Both the position numbers and the translations under genes were made by a program. A DNA stretch of 62,456 nucleotides from Agathobacter rectalis (GTDB lineage: Bacteria > Actinomycetota > Coriobacteriia > Coriobacteriales > QAMH01). Below, in pieces: positions 10,125-19,946 of this stretch (positions are counted from its first letter, which is position 1; the number at the start of each line of letters is the position of its first letter). The notes under the pieces are model-generated. The model did not search any database, was not told the DNA's origin, and saw nothing but the letters and a program-made list of their open reading frames with translations. Location of the stretch: contig CAVAPV010000002.1 in assembly GCA_963590525.1 (NCBI GenBank), forward strand, positions 15,181-77,636, written 5' to 3'.

Positions 10125-12842
10125 TTAAGCCTGCTCTTTGAGCGCTGCGTGAGCGGCAGCCAGACGAGCAACGGGGACGCGATACGGAGAGCAGCTGACG
10201 TAATCCAAACCGACCTTGTGGAACTTGGCGATGGAATCTGGGTCACCGCCGTGCTCGCCGCAAACACCCAGGCAGATGTCCGGGTTGGTTGCACGGCCAC
10301 CCTTAACTGCGATGTCAACCAGCTTGACGACGCCGTCATCGACGGTAGCAAAGGGATTGACCTTCATGATGCCGAGCTCCTCGTAATCCTTGAAGAACTT
10401 ACCCTCGACGTCGTCGCGGCTAAAGCCAAACGTGGTCTGAGTGAGGTCGTTGGTGCCAAAGGAGAAGAAGTCTGCATGCTTGGCGATCTCATCTGCAGTC
10501 ACAGCAGCGCGCGGAAGCTCGATCATAGTACCGATCTCGATGAAGGAGAGATCCACGCCCTCGCGTGCGGCAACCTCGTCGATTGCATCTTGCGCCTCTT
10601 TGCGGACATAGGTGAGCTCGTTTTCCATGGAGACCAAGGGAACCATGACCTCGGGCTTGGGATCGAAGCCTTCTTTCTTGAGCTTTGCGGTAGCCGTGGC
10701 GATCGCGCGAACCTGCATCGCGGACAGGCCGGGCATGACGATACCCAAACGGCAGCCGCGAAGGCCCAGCATGGGGTTCATCTCTGCCATGGCGTCTGCC
10801 GCGGCAAGCAGCTTGTTGGTCTCGGTTGCATCCTCGCCGCGTGCCTCGGCGGCAGCAGCCTTGACGGCCAGATCGCGCGGAGCGGGGAGGAACTCATGCA
10901 GAGGCGGATCGAGCAAGCGGATGATGACAGGCAGGCCGTCCATAGCCTTGAGCATGCCGTAGTAGTCGCCCTGCTGAAGCTCGTAGAGCTTGTCGAGTGC
11001 GGCGGTGTACTCCTGCCCGCCTTTCTCGGCCAAGATCATATCGGCGACGATCTGCTTGCGGTCGCCCAAGAACATGTGCTCGGTGCGGCACAAGCCGATA
11101 CCCTGCGCGCCCATGTCGCGGGACAGTTTTGCGTCATCGGGGTTGTCTGCGTTAGCGCGAACGCCCAGCTTGCGGTACTTATCGGCCCACTCGAGCAGCT
11201 TGCCCAAGTCGCCGGTCATCTCCGGCTCCTCGAGCTCGACTGCGCCCAGCATGACCTCGCCGGTCATACCGTCGATAGAGATGACGTCGCCTTCCTTGAT
11301 GACGATATCGGTGCCGGCGATGGCAGCGGTCTTGGTCTCTGCGTCGATCTTGAGAGCCTCGACGCCGCAGACGCAAGGAGCGCCCATGCCACGCGCGATG
11401 ACAGCGGCGTGAGAGGTCTTGCCGCCGTGGCTGGTGAGGATGCCCTCTGCAGCAATCATGCCGGAGAGATCGTCAGGAGTGGTCTCCCAACGAACCAAGA
11501 CGGTCTTGCGGCCCTCTTCTGCAGCGGCAACTGCATCTGCCGCGCTAAAGACCGCCTCGCCAACGGCAGCGCCGGGAGAAGCGTTGAGGCCCTTGGCAAC
11601 GACGTTTTTGACAGCGCCCTTGGCGATCTGGGGGTGCAAAAGCTGGTCGAGCTGCTCGGGGGCAACGCGCAAGACCGCGGTCTTCTCGTCGATCATACCC
11701 TCGTCGACCATCTCGATGGCGATACGCAAGGCAGCGGCGGCAGTGCGCTTGCCCACGCGGGTCTGGAGCATGTAGAGCTTGCCCTGCTCGATGGTGAACT
11801 CGATGTCCATCATGTCGCGGTAATGATCCTCGAGCAACGTGAAGATGTTCTCGAGCTCCTGGCCTGCCTCCTCGAGACCCGGGGTGGTCTTGAGCTCTGC
11901 GATGGGGCTGGTGTTGCGGATGCCGGCAACGACGTCTTCGCCTTGTGCGTTGACGAGGAAGTCGCCGTAGAAGACCTTCTTGCCGGTAGCGGCATCGCGC
12001 GTAAAGGCAACGCCGGTAGCAGAGGTCTCGCCCTTGTTGCCAAAGACCATGGTCTGGACATTGACGGCAGTACCCAAGTCATCGGGAATCTTGTTCTGCT
12101 TGCGGTAGATGATGGCGCGCTCGTTCATCCAAGAGCCAAAGACGGCCTTGATGGCGAGCATGAGCTGGACATCGGGGTCTTGCGGGAAGACGACCTTGCC
12201 GTCGATGACGAGGTCTGCATGCTCGTTGGCATCGACGTTTTCGGAGAAGATGCCCTTGAAAGTCGCGACGAGCTCTTCGAGGTCTGCCGCGGTGAGCTCT
12301 GTGTCCTGACGCACGCCCTTCTCCGCCTTCTTGGCGATGATGGCGTTTTCAAAGAGATCGCCGTCGACGCCCATGACGACGTTGGAGAACATCTGGATAA
12401 AGCGGCGGTAGGAGTCCCACGCAAAGCGGGGGTTGCCCGTCTGGTTGGCGATGCCCACGACGGATTGGTCGTTGAGGCCGAGGTTCAAGACGGTGTCCAT
12501 CATGCCAGGCATGGAGAACGGAGCGCCAGAGCGAACGGAGACCAGCAGCGGATCTGCGGCGTCGCCGAGCTTTTTGCCCATACGCGCCTCGAGGTCCTCG
12601 CGGTACTTTTGGATATCCTCCACAACGCCTTCGGGGAAGGTGTTGTTGTTAGAGGAGTACTCGACGCATGTCTGGCAAGAGATGGTGAATCCCGGAGGGA
12701 CAGGCAAGCCGATGTTGGCCATCTCGGCGAGGTTTGCGCCCTTGCCGCCCAGGATATAGTTCATGGACTTGTCACCTTGGGTGACGTTGTTGCCCTGTGC
12801 GTCTTTGCCAAACGCAAAAACGCGCTGAACGTTCTCAGACAC
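10125..12842 (-). CDS. ppdK: Pyruvate, phosphate dikinase
   Basis: 905 aa. GGKGANLAEM, catalytic-His region GGKTSHAAVIARGMG, PEP-utilising C-terminal TIM barrel. GTG start with AAGGAG 8 nt upstream. Confidence 0.95.
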   Translation of the reverse strand: MSENVQRVFAFGKDAQGNNVTQGDKSMNYILGGKGANLAEMANIGLPVPPGFTISCQTCVEYSSNNNTFPEGVVEDIQKYREDLEARMGKKLGDAADPLLVSVRSGAPFSMPGMMDTVLNLGLNDQSVVGIANQTGNPRFAWDSYRRFIQMFSNVVMGVDGDLFENAIIAKKAEKGVRQDTELTAADLEELVATFKGIFSENVDANEHADLVIDGKVVFPQDPDVQLMLAIKAVFGSWMNERAIIYRKQNKIPDDLGTAVNVQTMVFGNKGETSATGVAFTRDAATGKKVFYGDFLVNAQGEDVVAGIRNTSPIAELKTTPGLEEAGQELENIFTLLEDHYRDMMDIEFTIEQGKLYMLQTRVGKRTAAAALRIAIEMVDEGMIDEKTAVLRVAPEQLDQLLHPQIAKGAVKNVVAKGLNASPGAAVGEAVFSAADAVAAAEEGRKTVLVRWETTPDDLSGMIAAEGILTSHGGKTSHAAVIARGMGAPCVCGVEALKIDAETKTAAIAGTDIVIKEGDVISIDGMTGEVMLGAVELEEPEMTGDLGKLLEWADKYRKLGVRANADNPDDAKLSRDMGAQGIGLCRTEHMFLGDRKQIVADMILAEKGGQEYTAALDKLYELQQGDYYGMLKAMDGLPVIIRLLDPPLHEFLPAPRDLAVKAAAAEARGEDATETNKLLAAADAMAEMNPMLGLRGCRLGIVMPGLSAMQVRAIATATAKLKKEGFDPKPEVMVPLVSMENELTYVRKEAQDAIDEVAAREGVDLSFIEIGTMIELPRAAVTADEIAKHADFFSFGTNDLTQTTFGFSRDDVEGKFFKDYEELGIMKVNPFATVDDGVVKLVDIAVKGGRATNPDICLGVCGEHGGDPDSIAKFHKVGLDYVSCSPYRVPVARLAAAHAALKEQA

Positions 12843-13034
12843 TTGCAGCTCCTTTTACAAATAGGTTGCGGATGAGCGCGACATATGTCACGCAAACAGC
12901 GGCGCCAAAGACGGCGCGCATGCAAAGTAGATATTACTCCGTAAAAGGACCTAGTTTTGTGTCGATGCTATGCAAGTCCACAAGCGGGACGCATATAACA
13001 GCTGTAATGCTGCAGATAAACGCCAGCAGAAGCG

Positions 13035-13955
13035 CTATTTAGACGATGAACTCGCATCGGCGGCGACGCTTTTGGCAGAAAAGTTCTCGGACGGATGCAA
13101 GTTGGTAAAGTAACGCAAGATCTCTTGCGCGGTCTCTTCTATCGCGCGGTTGTCTGTACGGATGACGATGCAGCCCAGCTTTCGCATGAGGGCGCGTGCT
13201 TTCTCGAGGTCGCGGCAGACCTGCTCGTAATCGGCATAGGAGCTGGCAACGCTGTTTGCGTCTCCCAAGCGGCGGCGCCTGATATCCACGAGGACCTCCG
13301 GCACCGTCATAAGCCCAAAGATGCGGCTGGGCTCGACGTCAAAGAGCTCGGCCGGTGGCTCGGTCATCGGGTCGAGAGGGACGTTTGCCACCTTGTACCC
13401 CTGCTGCGACAGATAGATCGAAGTGGGTGTCTTGGAGGTTCTTGAGACTCCAACCAAGACGATATCGGCTTTGGTGAGCTCTTCGGGCATGCAGCCGTCG
13501 TCGTGGGCGATGGTGAACTCGATGGCCTCGATGCGCTTGAAGTAAGTATCGTTGAGCGCGCGCAAGGCACCGGCTTTGGCATGGGGCACGACACCGGTTG
13601 CCTGGATGAGCGCCTGCGTGGGGCCCTGCAGAATATCCACGGCGATGACCTCGTCGTTTTTATCGGCAAAATCGTTTATGGCGTTTGAGATATCCTTGCC
13701 GGCAGAGGTGAAAAAGACGATGAACGGCTCGATGCCGTAGTACGTGCGATGATGCTCAAGATGCGCCTCGAGCTCGGCGGCAACCATGTCGGCATCGGAG
13801 ACATCGGCCAAAAGCTCGATCGTGGGATTGGTAACGGAGTAGTTGGCGGCAGCAGCCCTTGCAGCAGTCACCGCTGTGGTGCCCGCGCCGTCAGAGACGA
13901 TATGAATGGTTGGAAAGCCCTCCACGCGATCGCCTTGGCGTATCCATTTCCTCAT
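13035..13955 (-). CDS. Bifunctional kinase/pyrophosphorylase regulator (DUF299; PPDK/PEP-synthase regulatory protein)
   Basis: 306 aa with P-loop GVSRTSKTPTS and DUF299 layout, immediately upstream of ppdK. Confidence 0.85.
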   Translation of the reverse strand: MRKWIRQGDRVEGFPTIHIVSDGAGTTAVTAARAAAANYSVTNPTIELLADVSDADMVAAELEAHLEHHRTYYGIEPFIVFFTSAGKDISNAINDFADKNDEVIAVDILQGPTQALIQATGVVPHAKAGALRALNDTYFKRIEAIEFTIAHDDGCMPEELTKADIVLVGVSRTSKTPTSIYLSQQGYKVANVPLDPMTEPPAELFDVEPSRIFGLMTVPEVLVDIRRRRLGDANSVASSYADYEQVCRDLEKARALMRKLGCIVIRTDNRAIEETAQEILRYFTNLHPSENFSAKSVAADASSSSK

Positions 13956-13997
13956 GATCTCTACCCCTTCTTAGGTCTGCGCATGCACCAGCAATGC

Positions 13998-14043
13998 AAA
14001 AAACGCAAGGCAGGAGGGGCACGTTACCCCTCCCCTACCTTGC
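13998..14043 (-). terminator. Rho-independent terminator after glyS
   Basis: Minus strand GCAAGGTAGGGGAGGGG-taacgtg-CCCCTCCTGCCTTGC followed by GTTTTTTGC. Confidence 0.8.
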
Positions 14044-14060
14044 AGACAGTACAGAGGTGT

Positions 14061-16148
14061 TTACTTGGCAGCCAGCTTGGAGATGTCTGCGACGTTGGAA
14101 AACACGCTCACGAAGCTGTTGAGGAGCTTCATGTTGGCACTGCGCACAGCGAGGTCTTCGTCTTTGACCATGACTTTGTCAAAGAACTCGTCGATGGGAG
14201 CACGCAGGGCGGCCAGGCTTGCAAGGGCGCTCGCGTAGTCGTCTTTAGACAGAGCCGCATCAACACTGCAGCGCGCCTCTTTGATGGCGCTGCTAAGAGA
14301 TGCTTGGGTATCGCTTAGAGAGGACTCGTCGTAATCGCAGCCCTCGGATGCGTCGCGCAGGTTGTTTGCGCGAGCAAAGGCAACGGCGAGGTCTGCAAAG
14401 GATTGGGCGTCGTTGCTACGAGCGGTCTCGAGCGCGTCGACGCGGGCAACAAGCTCCATAGGCTCGACGATACCTGCGGCAAGCACAGCATCGATAGCGT
14501 CTTGCGACTTGCCGGCGTCTTTGAGCATCACCTTGGTACGCGTGATAAAGAAGTCGAGCACCTGGTCGGTGACTTCTTTGACATCAAACGCAACGCCTTG
14601 GGATGCGTAGGCGCCAAGGGACGCGTGCACCAAAGGCTCGATACAGACATCAAGGCCGGATTGCAGGATGCTCAAGATGCCCAAGGCGGCACGACGCAAG
14701 GCATAGGGGTCAGAAGAGCCGGTGGGGCCCATACCGGCAGCAAAGATGCCGCAGATGGTATCCATCTTATCTGAGAGCGCAACGATCTTGCCTGCGGTGT
14801 TGGAGGGCACATCATCGCCAGAGAAACGCGGGCGGTAATGCTCGCGCACAGCCACAGCCACGTCCTCGGTCTCTCCGCTGTAGCGAGCGTAGTGGCCGCC
14901 CATAACGCCTTGAAGCGACGTGAACTCGACGACGGCACCGGTGATGAGGTCTGCTTTGCACAGGTAGGCTGCGCGCAGCGCGTCTTTGGCAGTCTGCTCC
15001 TTGGGGTCGATCGCAGCTTGGGTGCACACTGCGCTTGCAAGGTCGCAGATACGCTGGGTCTTGTCGTAGACCGTACCGAGCTTTTCTTGGAACACCACGG
15101 CCTTGAGACCCTCGACATAATCCGCAAGGGGCTTTGCGCGGTCTTCGCGCACAAAGAAGGCGGCGTCGGAGAGGCGTGCACGCACAACGCGCTCGTTGCC
15201 GTCGCGAATAGTATCTGTGCAGGCAGGGTCTCCGTTGCCGGTGACGATAAAAGCGTTGTCCAGCTGGCCGTCTGCACGATACATCGGGAAGTAGCGCTGG
15301 TGCTCGAGCATGGCGTCGGTGATGATTTCGGGCGGGACTTGCAAGAACTCCTCGTCAAAATGCGCGACGATAACCGTCGGGTACTCGACGAGGTTGACGA
15401 CCTCGTCAAAGGTGCCCTTGGGCATGTCGGCCTTAAGGCCCAGCTCCTCTTCTACGCGGGCAACCTGCTCTTTTATAGAGGCAGCGCGTTCTTGGGCGCT
15501 GGGGATGACCTTCATAGCCTCGAAGTGAGAGAAGAACTCGTCGGCATTTGCCACTTCAACCGGCTCGGGCGCCAAGAAACGATGGCCGTAAGTGGTGCGA
15601 CCTGCATGAAGGCCCGCAAACTGCACATCTACGACGTCTGCGCCAAGCAAGGCCACAAGCCAGCGAACAGGACGGGAAAAGGTGTCGCGGCCTGTGCCCC
15701 AGCGCTGGGAGCGCGGCCAAGACAAGCTGCGGACGAGGTTTTCCAAGATACCCGTGAGCAGCTCTTTGGCTTCTTGGGCAGGTTTGGACACTACGGCGTA
15801 GACATACTCGTCGCCGTTTTCATCGCATTCGCGCAAGAGATCGGAGACATCAAGCCCCTTGCCGCGGGCAAAGCCCGATGCCGCCTTGGTAGGGTTGCCG
15901 TCCGCATCGAACGCGATCTTTGCAGAAGGCCCTTTGGACTTGATCTCGACGGCCTTGGTGGAGGTTGCAAGGTCTGCCACAGACAAGATCATGCGGCGCG
16001 GCGTCGAGCAGGTCTTTACCTCGCCGTGGGCAAGACCTGCGGCGTCTAAGGCCTTGCAAGCGAGTTCTTTGAGCTGATCGGTTGCCTTGTAAAGCGCAGC
16101 GGAAGGGATCTCCTCGGTACCGATCTCGAAGATGAGGTTGCTGGTCAT
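14061..16148 (-). CDS. glyS: Glycine--tRNA ligase beta subunit
   Basis: Conserved N-terminus MTSNLIFEIGTEEIPSA starts at the ATG at 16148, 5 nt after the glyQ stop. The track ORF extension to 16346 overlaps glyQ and is not credible. Confidence 0.95.
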   Translation of the reverse strand: MTSNLIFEIGTEEIPSAALYKATDQLKELACKALDAAGLAHGEVKTCSTPRRMILSVADLATSTKAVEIKSKGPSAKIAFDADGNPTKAASGFARGKGLDVSDLLRECDENGDEYVYAVVSKPAQEAKELLTGILENLVRSLSWPRSQRWGTGRDTFSRPVRWLVALLGADVVDVQFAGLHAGRTTYGHRFLAPEPVEVANADEFFSHFEAMKVIPSAQERAASIKEQVARVEEELGLKADMPKGTFDEVVNLVEYPTVIVAHFDEEFLQVPPEIITDAMLEHQRYFPMYRADGQLDNAFIVTGNGDPACTDTIRDGNERVVRARLSDAAFFVREDRAKPLADYVEGLKAVVFQEKLGTVYDKTQRICDLASAVCTQAAIDPKEQTAKDALRAAYLCKADLITGAVVEFTSLQGVMGGHYARYSGETEDVAVAVREHYRPRFSGDDVPSNTAGKIVALSDKMDTICGIFAAGMGPTGSSDPYALRRAALGILSILQSGLDVCIEPLVHASLGAYASQGVAFDVKEVTDQVLDFFITRTKVMLKDAGKSQDAIDAVLAAGIVEPMELVARVDALETARSNDAQSFADLAVAFARANNLRDASEGCDYDESSLSDTQASLSSAIKEARCSVDAALSKDDYASALASLAALRAPIDEFFDKVMVKDEDLAVRSANMKLLNSFVSVFSNVADISKLAAK

Positions 16149-16152
16149 GGCT

Positions 16153-17085
16153 TTAGGCCTCCTGAGCACTAGATGTACGGTTGTCCACAGGTCCGTCTTG
16201 AGAGGGGATGTAAGACCCGCCTCGCTCCACGACCTCGGCCAGATAAGACACGCAGCATGCCTTGGCCACATCGCGCACGCGCAAGATATAGGCGGTGCGC
16301 TCTGTAGCAGAGATGGCACCGCGGGCGTCGAGGATGTTGAACGCATGCGAGCATTTCATGACGTTGTCGTATGCAGGCAGCGGCAAACCGAGGTCGAGCA
16401 AACGATGGCACTCTCTCTCGCATGCCTCGAAGTGCTTGAAGAGCATATCGACGTCAGCATGCTCGAAGTTGTAAGCGGATTGCTCGCGCTCGTTTTCATA
16501 AAAGACGTCGCCGTAAGTGAACACGGTGCCGTCGGGACACTTGGTCCACACGAGGTCGTAGACGCTGTCAACGCCTTGAATGTACATGGCCAGACGCTCG
16601 AGACCGTAGGTGACCTCGGCGGGGATAGGATCGCACTCGATGCCGCCTACCTGCTGGAAGTAAGTGAACTGCGTAACCTCCATGCCGTTGAGCCAGACCT
16701 CCCAGCCAAGACCCCAAGCACCCAGCGTAGGGCTTTCCCAGTCGTCTTCGACAAAGCGGATGTCATGTTTTTTGGGATCGATCCCGATGGCCTCCAAGGA
16801 ACCCAGGTAGAGGTCTTGGATGTTATCTGGGGACGGCTTCATCAAAACCTGAAACTGGTAATAGTGCTGCATGCGGTTTGGGTTTGAGGCATAGCGGCCG
16901 TCTGCAGGACGGCGGCAGGGCTGCACGTAAGCCGTGCGCCAGGTATCAGGGCCGATAGCACGCAGCGTGGTAGCCGTGTGATAAGTGCCAGCTCCTACCT
17001 CGGAGTCATAAGGCTGCAAAACAATGCAGCCCTGATCAGCCCAGTAGCGCTGCAACGTGAGGATGATGTCTTGAAACGTTAGCAT
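16153..17085 (-). CDS. glyQ: Glycine--tRNA ligase alpha subunit
   Basis: 310 aa, [20 protein letters not shown]..., highly conserved GlyQ sequence. Confidence 0.97.
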   Translation of the reverse strand: MLTFQDIILTLQRYWADQGCIVLQPYDSEVGAGTYHTATTLRAIGPDTWRTAYVQPCRRPADGRYASNPNRMQHYYQFQVLMKPSPDNIQDLYLGSLEAIGIDPKKHDIRFVEDDWESPTLGAWGLGWEVWLNGMEVTQFTYFQQVGGIECDPIPAEVTYGLERLAMYIQGVDSVYDLVWTKCPDGTVFTYGDVFYENEREQSAYNFEHADVDMLFKHFEACERECHRLLDLGLPLPAYDNVMKCSHAFNILDARGAISATERTAYILRVRDVAKACCVSYLAEVVERGGSYIPSQDGPVDNRTSSAQEA

Positions 17086-17117
17086 GTTGATTTCCTTTGT
17101 GCTGGTTTGCGGACTCT

Positions 17118-17705
17118 TTAGTTAAGGAACCCAAAAGAAGACAAGGGCCAATAAGTGAAAAACGCGTGACCGGTGACGCTCGAGACATCCACCGCGCCAA
17201 AGTAGCGGCTGTCGGCAGAGTCGGTCCTGTTATCGCCCATCACCCAGATTTTGCCTTCGGGCACGGTGTAGGGATAGGTCACGTCTTCTATAGAATCAAG
17301 CTCGTAGCTGGGTTTGCCCAAGGTGTAGGCATCCTCTTGGAGTGCCTGGCCATCGACGTAGACGATGCCGTCTTTGAGCTCTACCGTCTGACCAGCTGTT
17401 GCGATGACGCGCTTGATGAGCACGCGAGAGGAGTCCTCTGGGTCGACAAAGGTGACGATATCGCCTTGGGATGGCTCGCCAAAGTAGTAGCTGATCTTCT
17501 CGGAGAGGACGCGGTCTTCGAGCTGGATGGTCTCGAGCATCGAACCAGAGGGGATGCGATAGGGCTTGACGACAAAGGTCGTAAGCGCCCATGCCATCGC
17601 GAGCGCGACGATGATGATGACGACGAACTCGAGGATGGTGCTGCGCAAAGAGGTAGGTTTTTCCGGAGCGGGTGCGCCGGAGGTGGAGCTTTGGATATCA
17701 GACAT
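17118..17705 (-). CDS. lepB: Signal peptidase I
   Basis: 195 aa. TM segment, catalytic Ser box [10 protein letters not shown], and [14 protein letters not shown] box. Confidence 0.92.
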   Translation of the reverse strand: MSDIQSSTSGAPAPEKPTSLRSTILEFVVIIIVALAMAWALTTFVVKPYRIPSGSMLETIQLEDRVLSEKISYYFGEPSQGDIVTFVDPEDSSRVLIKRVIATAGQTVELKDGIVYVDGQALQEDAYTLGKPSYELDSIEDVTYPYTVPEGKIWVMGDNRTDSADSRYFGAVDVSSVTGHAFFTYWPLSSFGFLN

Positions 17706-17771
17706 GGTATACCTGCGGTCATAAATCAGATGGCGGACACATATAAGCGTATATGATACCGCGCACCCCTG

Positions 17772-18506
17772 CTAACTGCGGGGCTTCTCCATGATTTCTT
17801 TGGCAAGCGCTCTTTCTTCTTGCGTGAGATCGGCGTCGCATAAAAGGTCCGGGCGCACCTGAGCGGTGCGGATCACAGATTGCTCGCGACGCCAAGCGGC
17901 GACCTTGCCGTGGTCCCCACTCAAAAGAACCTCTGGAACATCCATCCCCTTGTAGCTTGCCGGACGTGTGTACTGAGGATACTCGAGCAAAGAGCCCTCG
18001 AACGACTCGTCTACAGCGCTAAACTCATCGCCCAAAACGCCGTCCAAAAGACGCACGACAGCATCGGTGACCACCATCGCGGCAAGCTCGCCGCCAGTGA
18101 GCACATAATCACCAAGTGAGTAGGTTCTGTCTGCCAGGGTGTAGACACGCTCGTCAAAGCCCTCGTAGCGGCCGCAGACCATGAGCAGGCGCTCATGCGT
18201 GGCAAGCTCTTTTGCATGATCTTGGGTAAACGGGGTGCCGGTTGGCGTAAAGAACACGACTGTGGGAGCCGGTCCTGTCAAAGAAAGCTCCTCGACTGCC
18301 TCGAAAACCGGAGGACAGGTCATCAAGAGGCCCTGACCGCCGCCGTAAGGCTCGTCATCGGTGCTGCGATGCTTGTCATGGGTCCATTTTCTCAAATCAT
18401 GAGCGGCAAAACTAAATGCGCCCTTCTTTTGGGCGCGACTCATAATCGACAAGGACATGTAGTTCTCAAACATCTCTGGGAAAACAGAGAGCACATCGAC
18501 GATCAC
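17772..18506 (-). CDS. trmD: tRNA (guanine37-N1)-methyltransferase
   Basis: 244 aa, VLSVFPEMFENY..., GRYEGFDERV, SLGDYVLTGGE. Confidence 0.95.
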   Translation of the reverse strand: MIVDVLSVFPEMFENYMSLSIMSRAQKKGAFSFAAHDLRKWTHDKHRSTDDEPYGGGQGLLMTCPPVFEAVEELSLTGPAPTVVFFTPTGTPFTQDHAKELATHERLLMVCGRYEGFDERVYTLADRTYSLGDYVLTGGELAAMVVTDAVVRLLDGVLGDEFSAVDESFEGSLLEYPQYTRPASYKGMDVPEVLLSGDHGKVAAWRREQSVIRTAQVRPDLLCDADLTQEERALAKEIMEKPRS

Positions 18507-19066
18507 AGATCTTCCAACCCTTCGAGCAGGTGGACGACGATGGGCTCGTCGTCGGATTGCGGAACAGAGACGATCGTGTGAGGCAAAACGGGAACGAGCA
18601 GCTCGGAGCCGTCTGCGCGCTCAATAACCAGCACGTCGTTGGCTTTGGTGCACAGATACTCGCTCACACGTCCCAAAACGCGTCCGTCATCGCTTTCAAC
18701 GCTGCGCCCCATAACCAAGACCATGTCTTGCGAAGGATCTAAATCGAGGTCGTCCTCATGCGCAAGCAGACAGTGGCCGCTGATAGCTTGTGCGGCATCG
18801 ATGTCGTCAATGCCTGCGATTGCCGCAATGCAGCTGTCCTCCGTGTCTTGGCTGATATCTGCGATAAGACCGCATCTTGCCACGTTCAAGACAGGCGGGA
18901 CCACATGCACTTCGAGGCCCTCGTAGATACAGAAAGGAAGGCCTTCGGTGATTTGCACCAAGACCTTCCCCTCCAGACCGCGTGCTTTGACAACGCGGCC
19001 GATATTGCGATAAGGCGTACCCGACAAGGTTAGTCTGCCAGCTCGACTTCTGCATGCAGGCCGCAT
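18503..19066 (-). CDS. rimM: Ribosome maturation factor RimM
   Basis: IGRVVKARGLEGKV... plus PRC-barrel C-terminus. The longest ORF overlaps the KH gene by 37 nt; a TTG at 19027 is a plausible true start. Confidence 0.85.
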   Translation of the reverse strand: MRPACRSRAGRLTLSGTPYRNIGRVVKARGLEGKVLVQITEGLPFCIYEGLEVHVVPPVLNVARCGLIADISQDTEDSCIAAIAGIDDIDAAQAISGHCLLAHEDDLDLDPSQDMVLVMGRSVESDDGRVLGRVSEYLCTKANDVLVIERADGSELLVPVLPHTIVSVPQSDDEPIVVHLLEGLEDL

Positions 19067-19284
19067 TGTGATGCGGCTGCGCGAGCGAGCGTGCGGATAG
19101 ATTTGATGATGCGGCCCTGACGGCCGATGACCTTGCCGATATCGCCTTCGGCAACGGTAATCTGAACCTCGATCTCTCCGTTTTGACGATCGATGCTTTC
19201 TACCTCGACGGCCTCGGGCTCGTCGACGATCTGCTCGACCAGGCAGCGGACCAGTTCTGCTACATCAGTCGGGTTCTTGCTCAT
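19030..19284 (-). CDS. KH-domain RNA-binding protein (YlqC/UPF0109)
   Basis: 84 aa with GKVIGRQGRIIKSIRTL (GXXG KH motif). Classic position between rpsP and rimM. Confidence 0.9.
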   Translation of the reverse strand: MSKNPTDVAELVRCLVEQIVDEPEAVEVESIDRQNGEIEVQITVAEGDIGKVIGRQGRIIKSIRTLARAAASQCGLHAEVELAD

Positions 19285-19289
19285 GACTT

Positions 19290-19649
19290 CTACTCTTCCT
19301 CGGCCTGAGCTTCTGCAGCCTTGCGAGCAGCTTCCTCAGCTGCTGCCTTCTCTGCTGCGGCCTTCTCGGCAGCCTTCAAAGCGGCGCGAGCCTGAACCTT
19401 AGCGGGCTTGTCGGTGCCCTTGGCGATGGCGATGAGCTTGGCAACGCGCTCGGAGGGCTGAGCACCCTTGGCGATCCATGCGTCGATCGCATCGAGGTCC
19501 AGCTTGATGCCGGAGGGCTCGAGACGGGGGTCGTAGGTGCCTACGAGCTCGATGTAGCTGCCATCGCGACGCTTGCGCTGGTCTGCGACGACGACGCGGT
19601 AGAACGGGCTCTTGTGTGCACCATGACGGGCAAGACGGATAACGACCAT
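19290..19649 (-). CDS. rpsP: 30S ribosomal protein S16 (with Ala/Glu/Lys-rich C-terminal tail)
   Basis: [23 protein letters not shown]... starts at the ATG at 19649 with GGAG 8 nt upstream. The track N-terminal extension to 19730 was rejected. Confidence 0.95.
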   Translation of the reverse strand: MVVIRLARHGAHKSPFYRVVVADQRKRRDGSYIELVGTYDPRLEPSGIKLDLDAIDAWIAKGAQPSERVAKLIAIAKGTDKPAKVQARAALKAAEKAAAEKAAAEEAARKAAEAQAEEE

Positions 19650-19885
19650 TGAGAAAACTCCATTCAAATTAACCCTGCACCCTTTGTGCAGGCGCTTATT
19701 TGAGACCTTGCGTGTGGTGACGGGCCACACAGCAGCTCAATATGATACATCAACTCATACGGCTTGCGTAGAAGGTATTGCAAGGTTTTCAAGCATATCT
19801 GCCACCTGTTTTGACATCTTGGATAAACAAGCAAAATGGCAAAGCCGTATTCACGAGCTGCAAGAGCCAGATCGCGTCTCTTTGC

Positions 19886-19921
19886 AAGCAAAAGGGGCAG
19901 AAAGCCCGATGCCCCTGCCCC
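19886..19921 (-). terminator. Rho-independent terminator after proS
   Basis: Minus strand GGGGCAG-(14 nt)-CTGCCCC followed by TTTTGCTTGC, about 25 nt after the proS stop. Confidence 0.7.
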
Positions 19922-19946
19922 GTTTGAGATGACCTGTTGTCAAGCA

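Noticed and set aside
16149-16346. Long N-terminal extensions in track ORFs (glyS to 16346, rpsP to 19730, rsmD to 5033, trmFO to 28046, cca to 56299, the adhesin to 54912, ileS to 51908, lspA to 49120).
   Set aside because: In each case the conserved protein N-terminus begins at an internal ATG preceded by an SD. The extension overlaps the upstream gene or a terminator.
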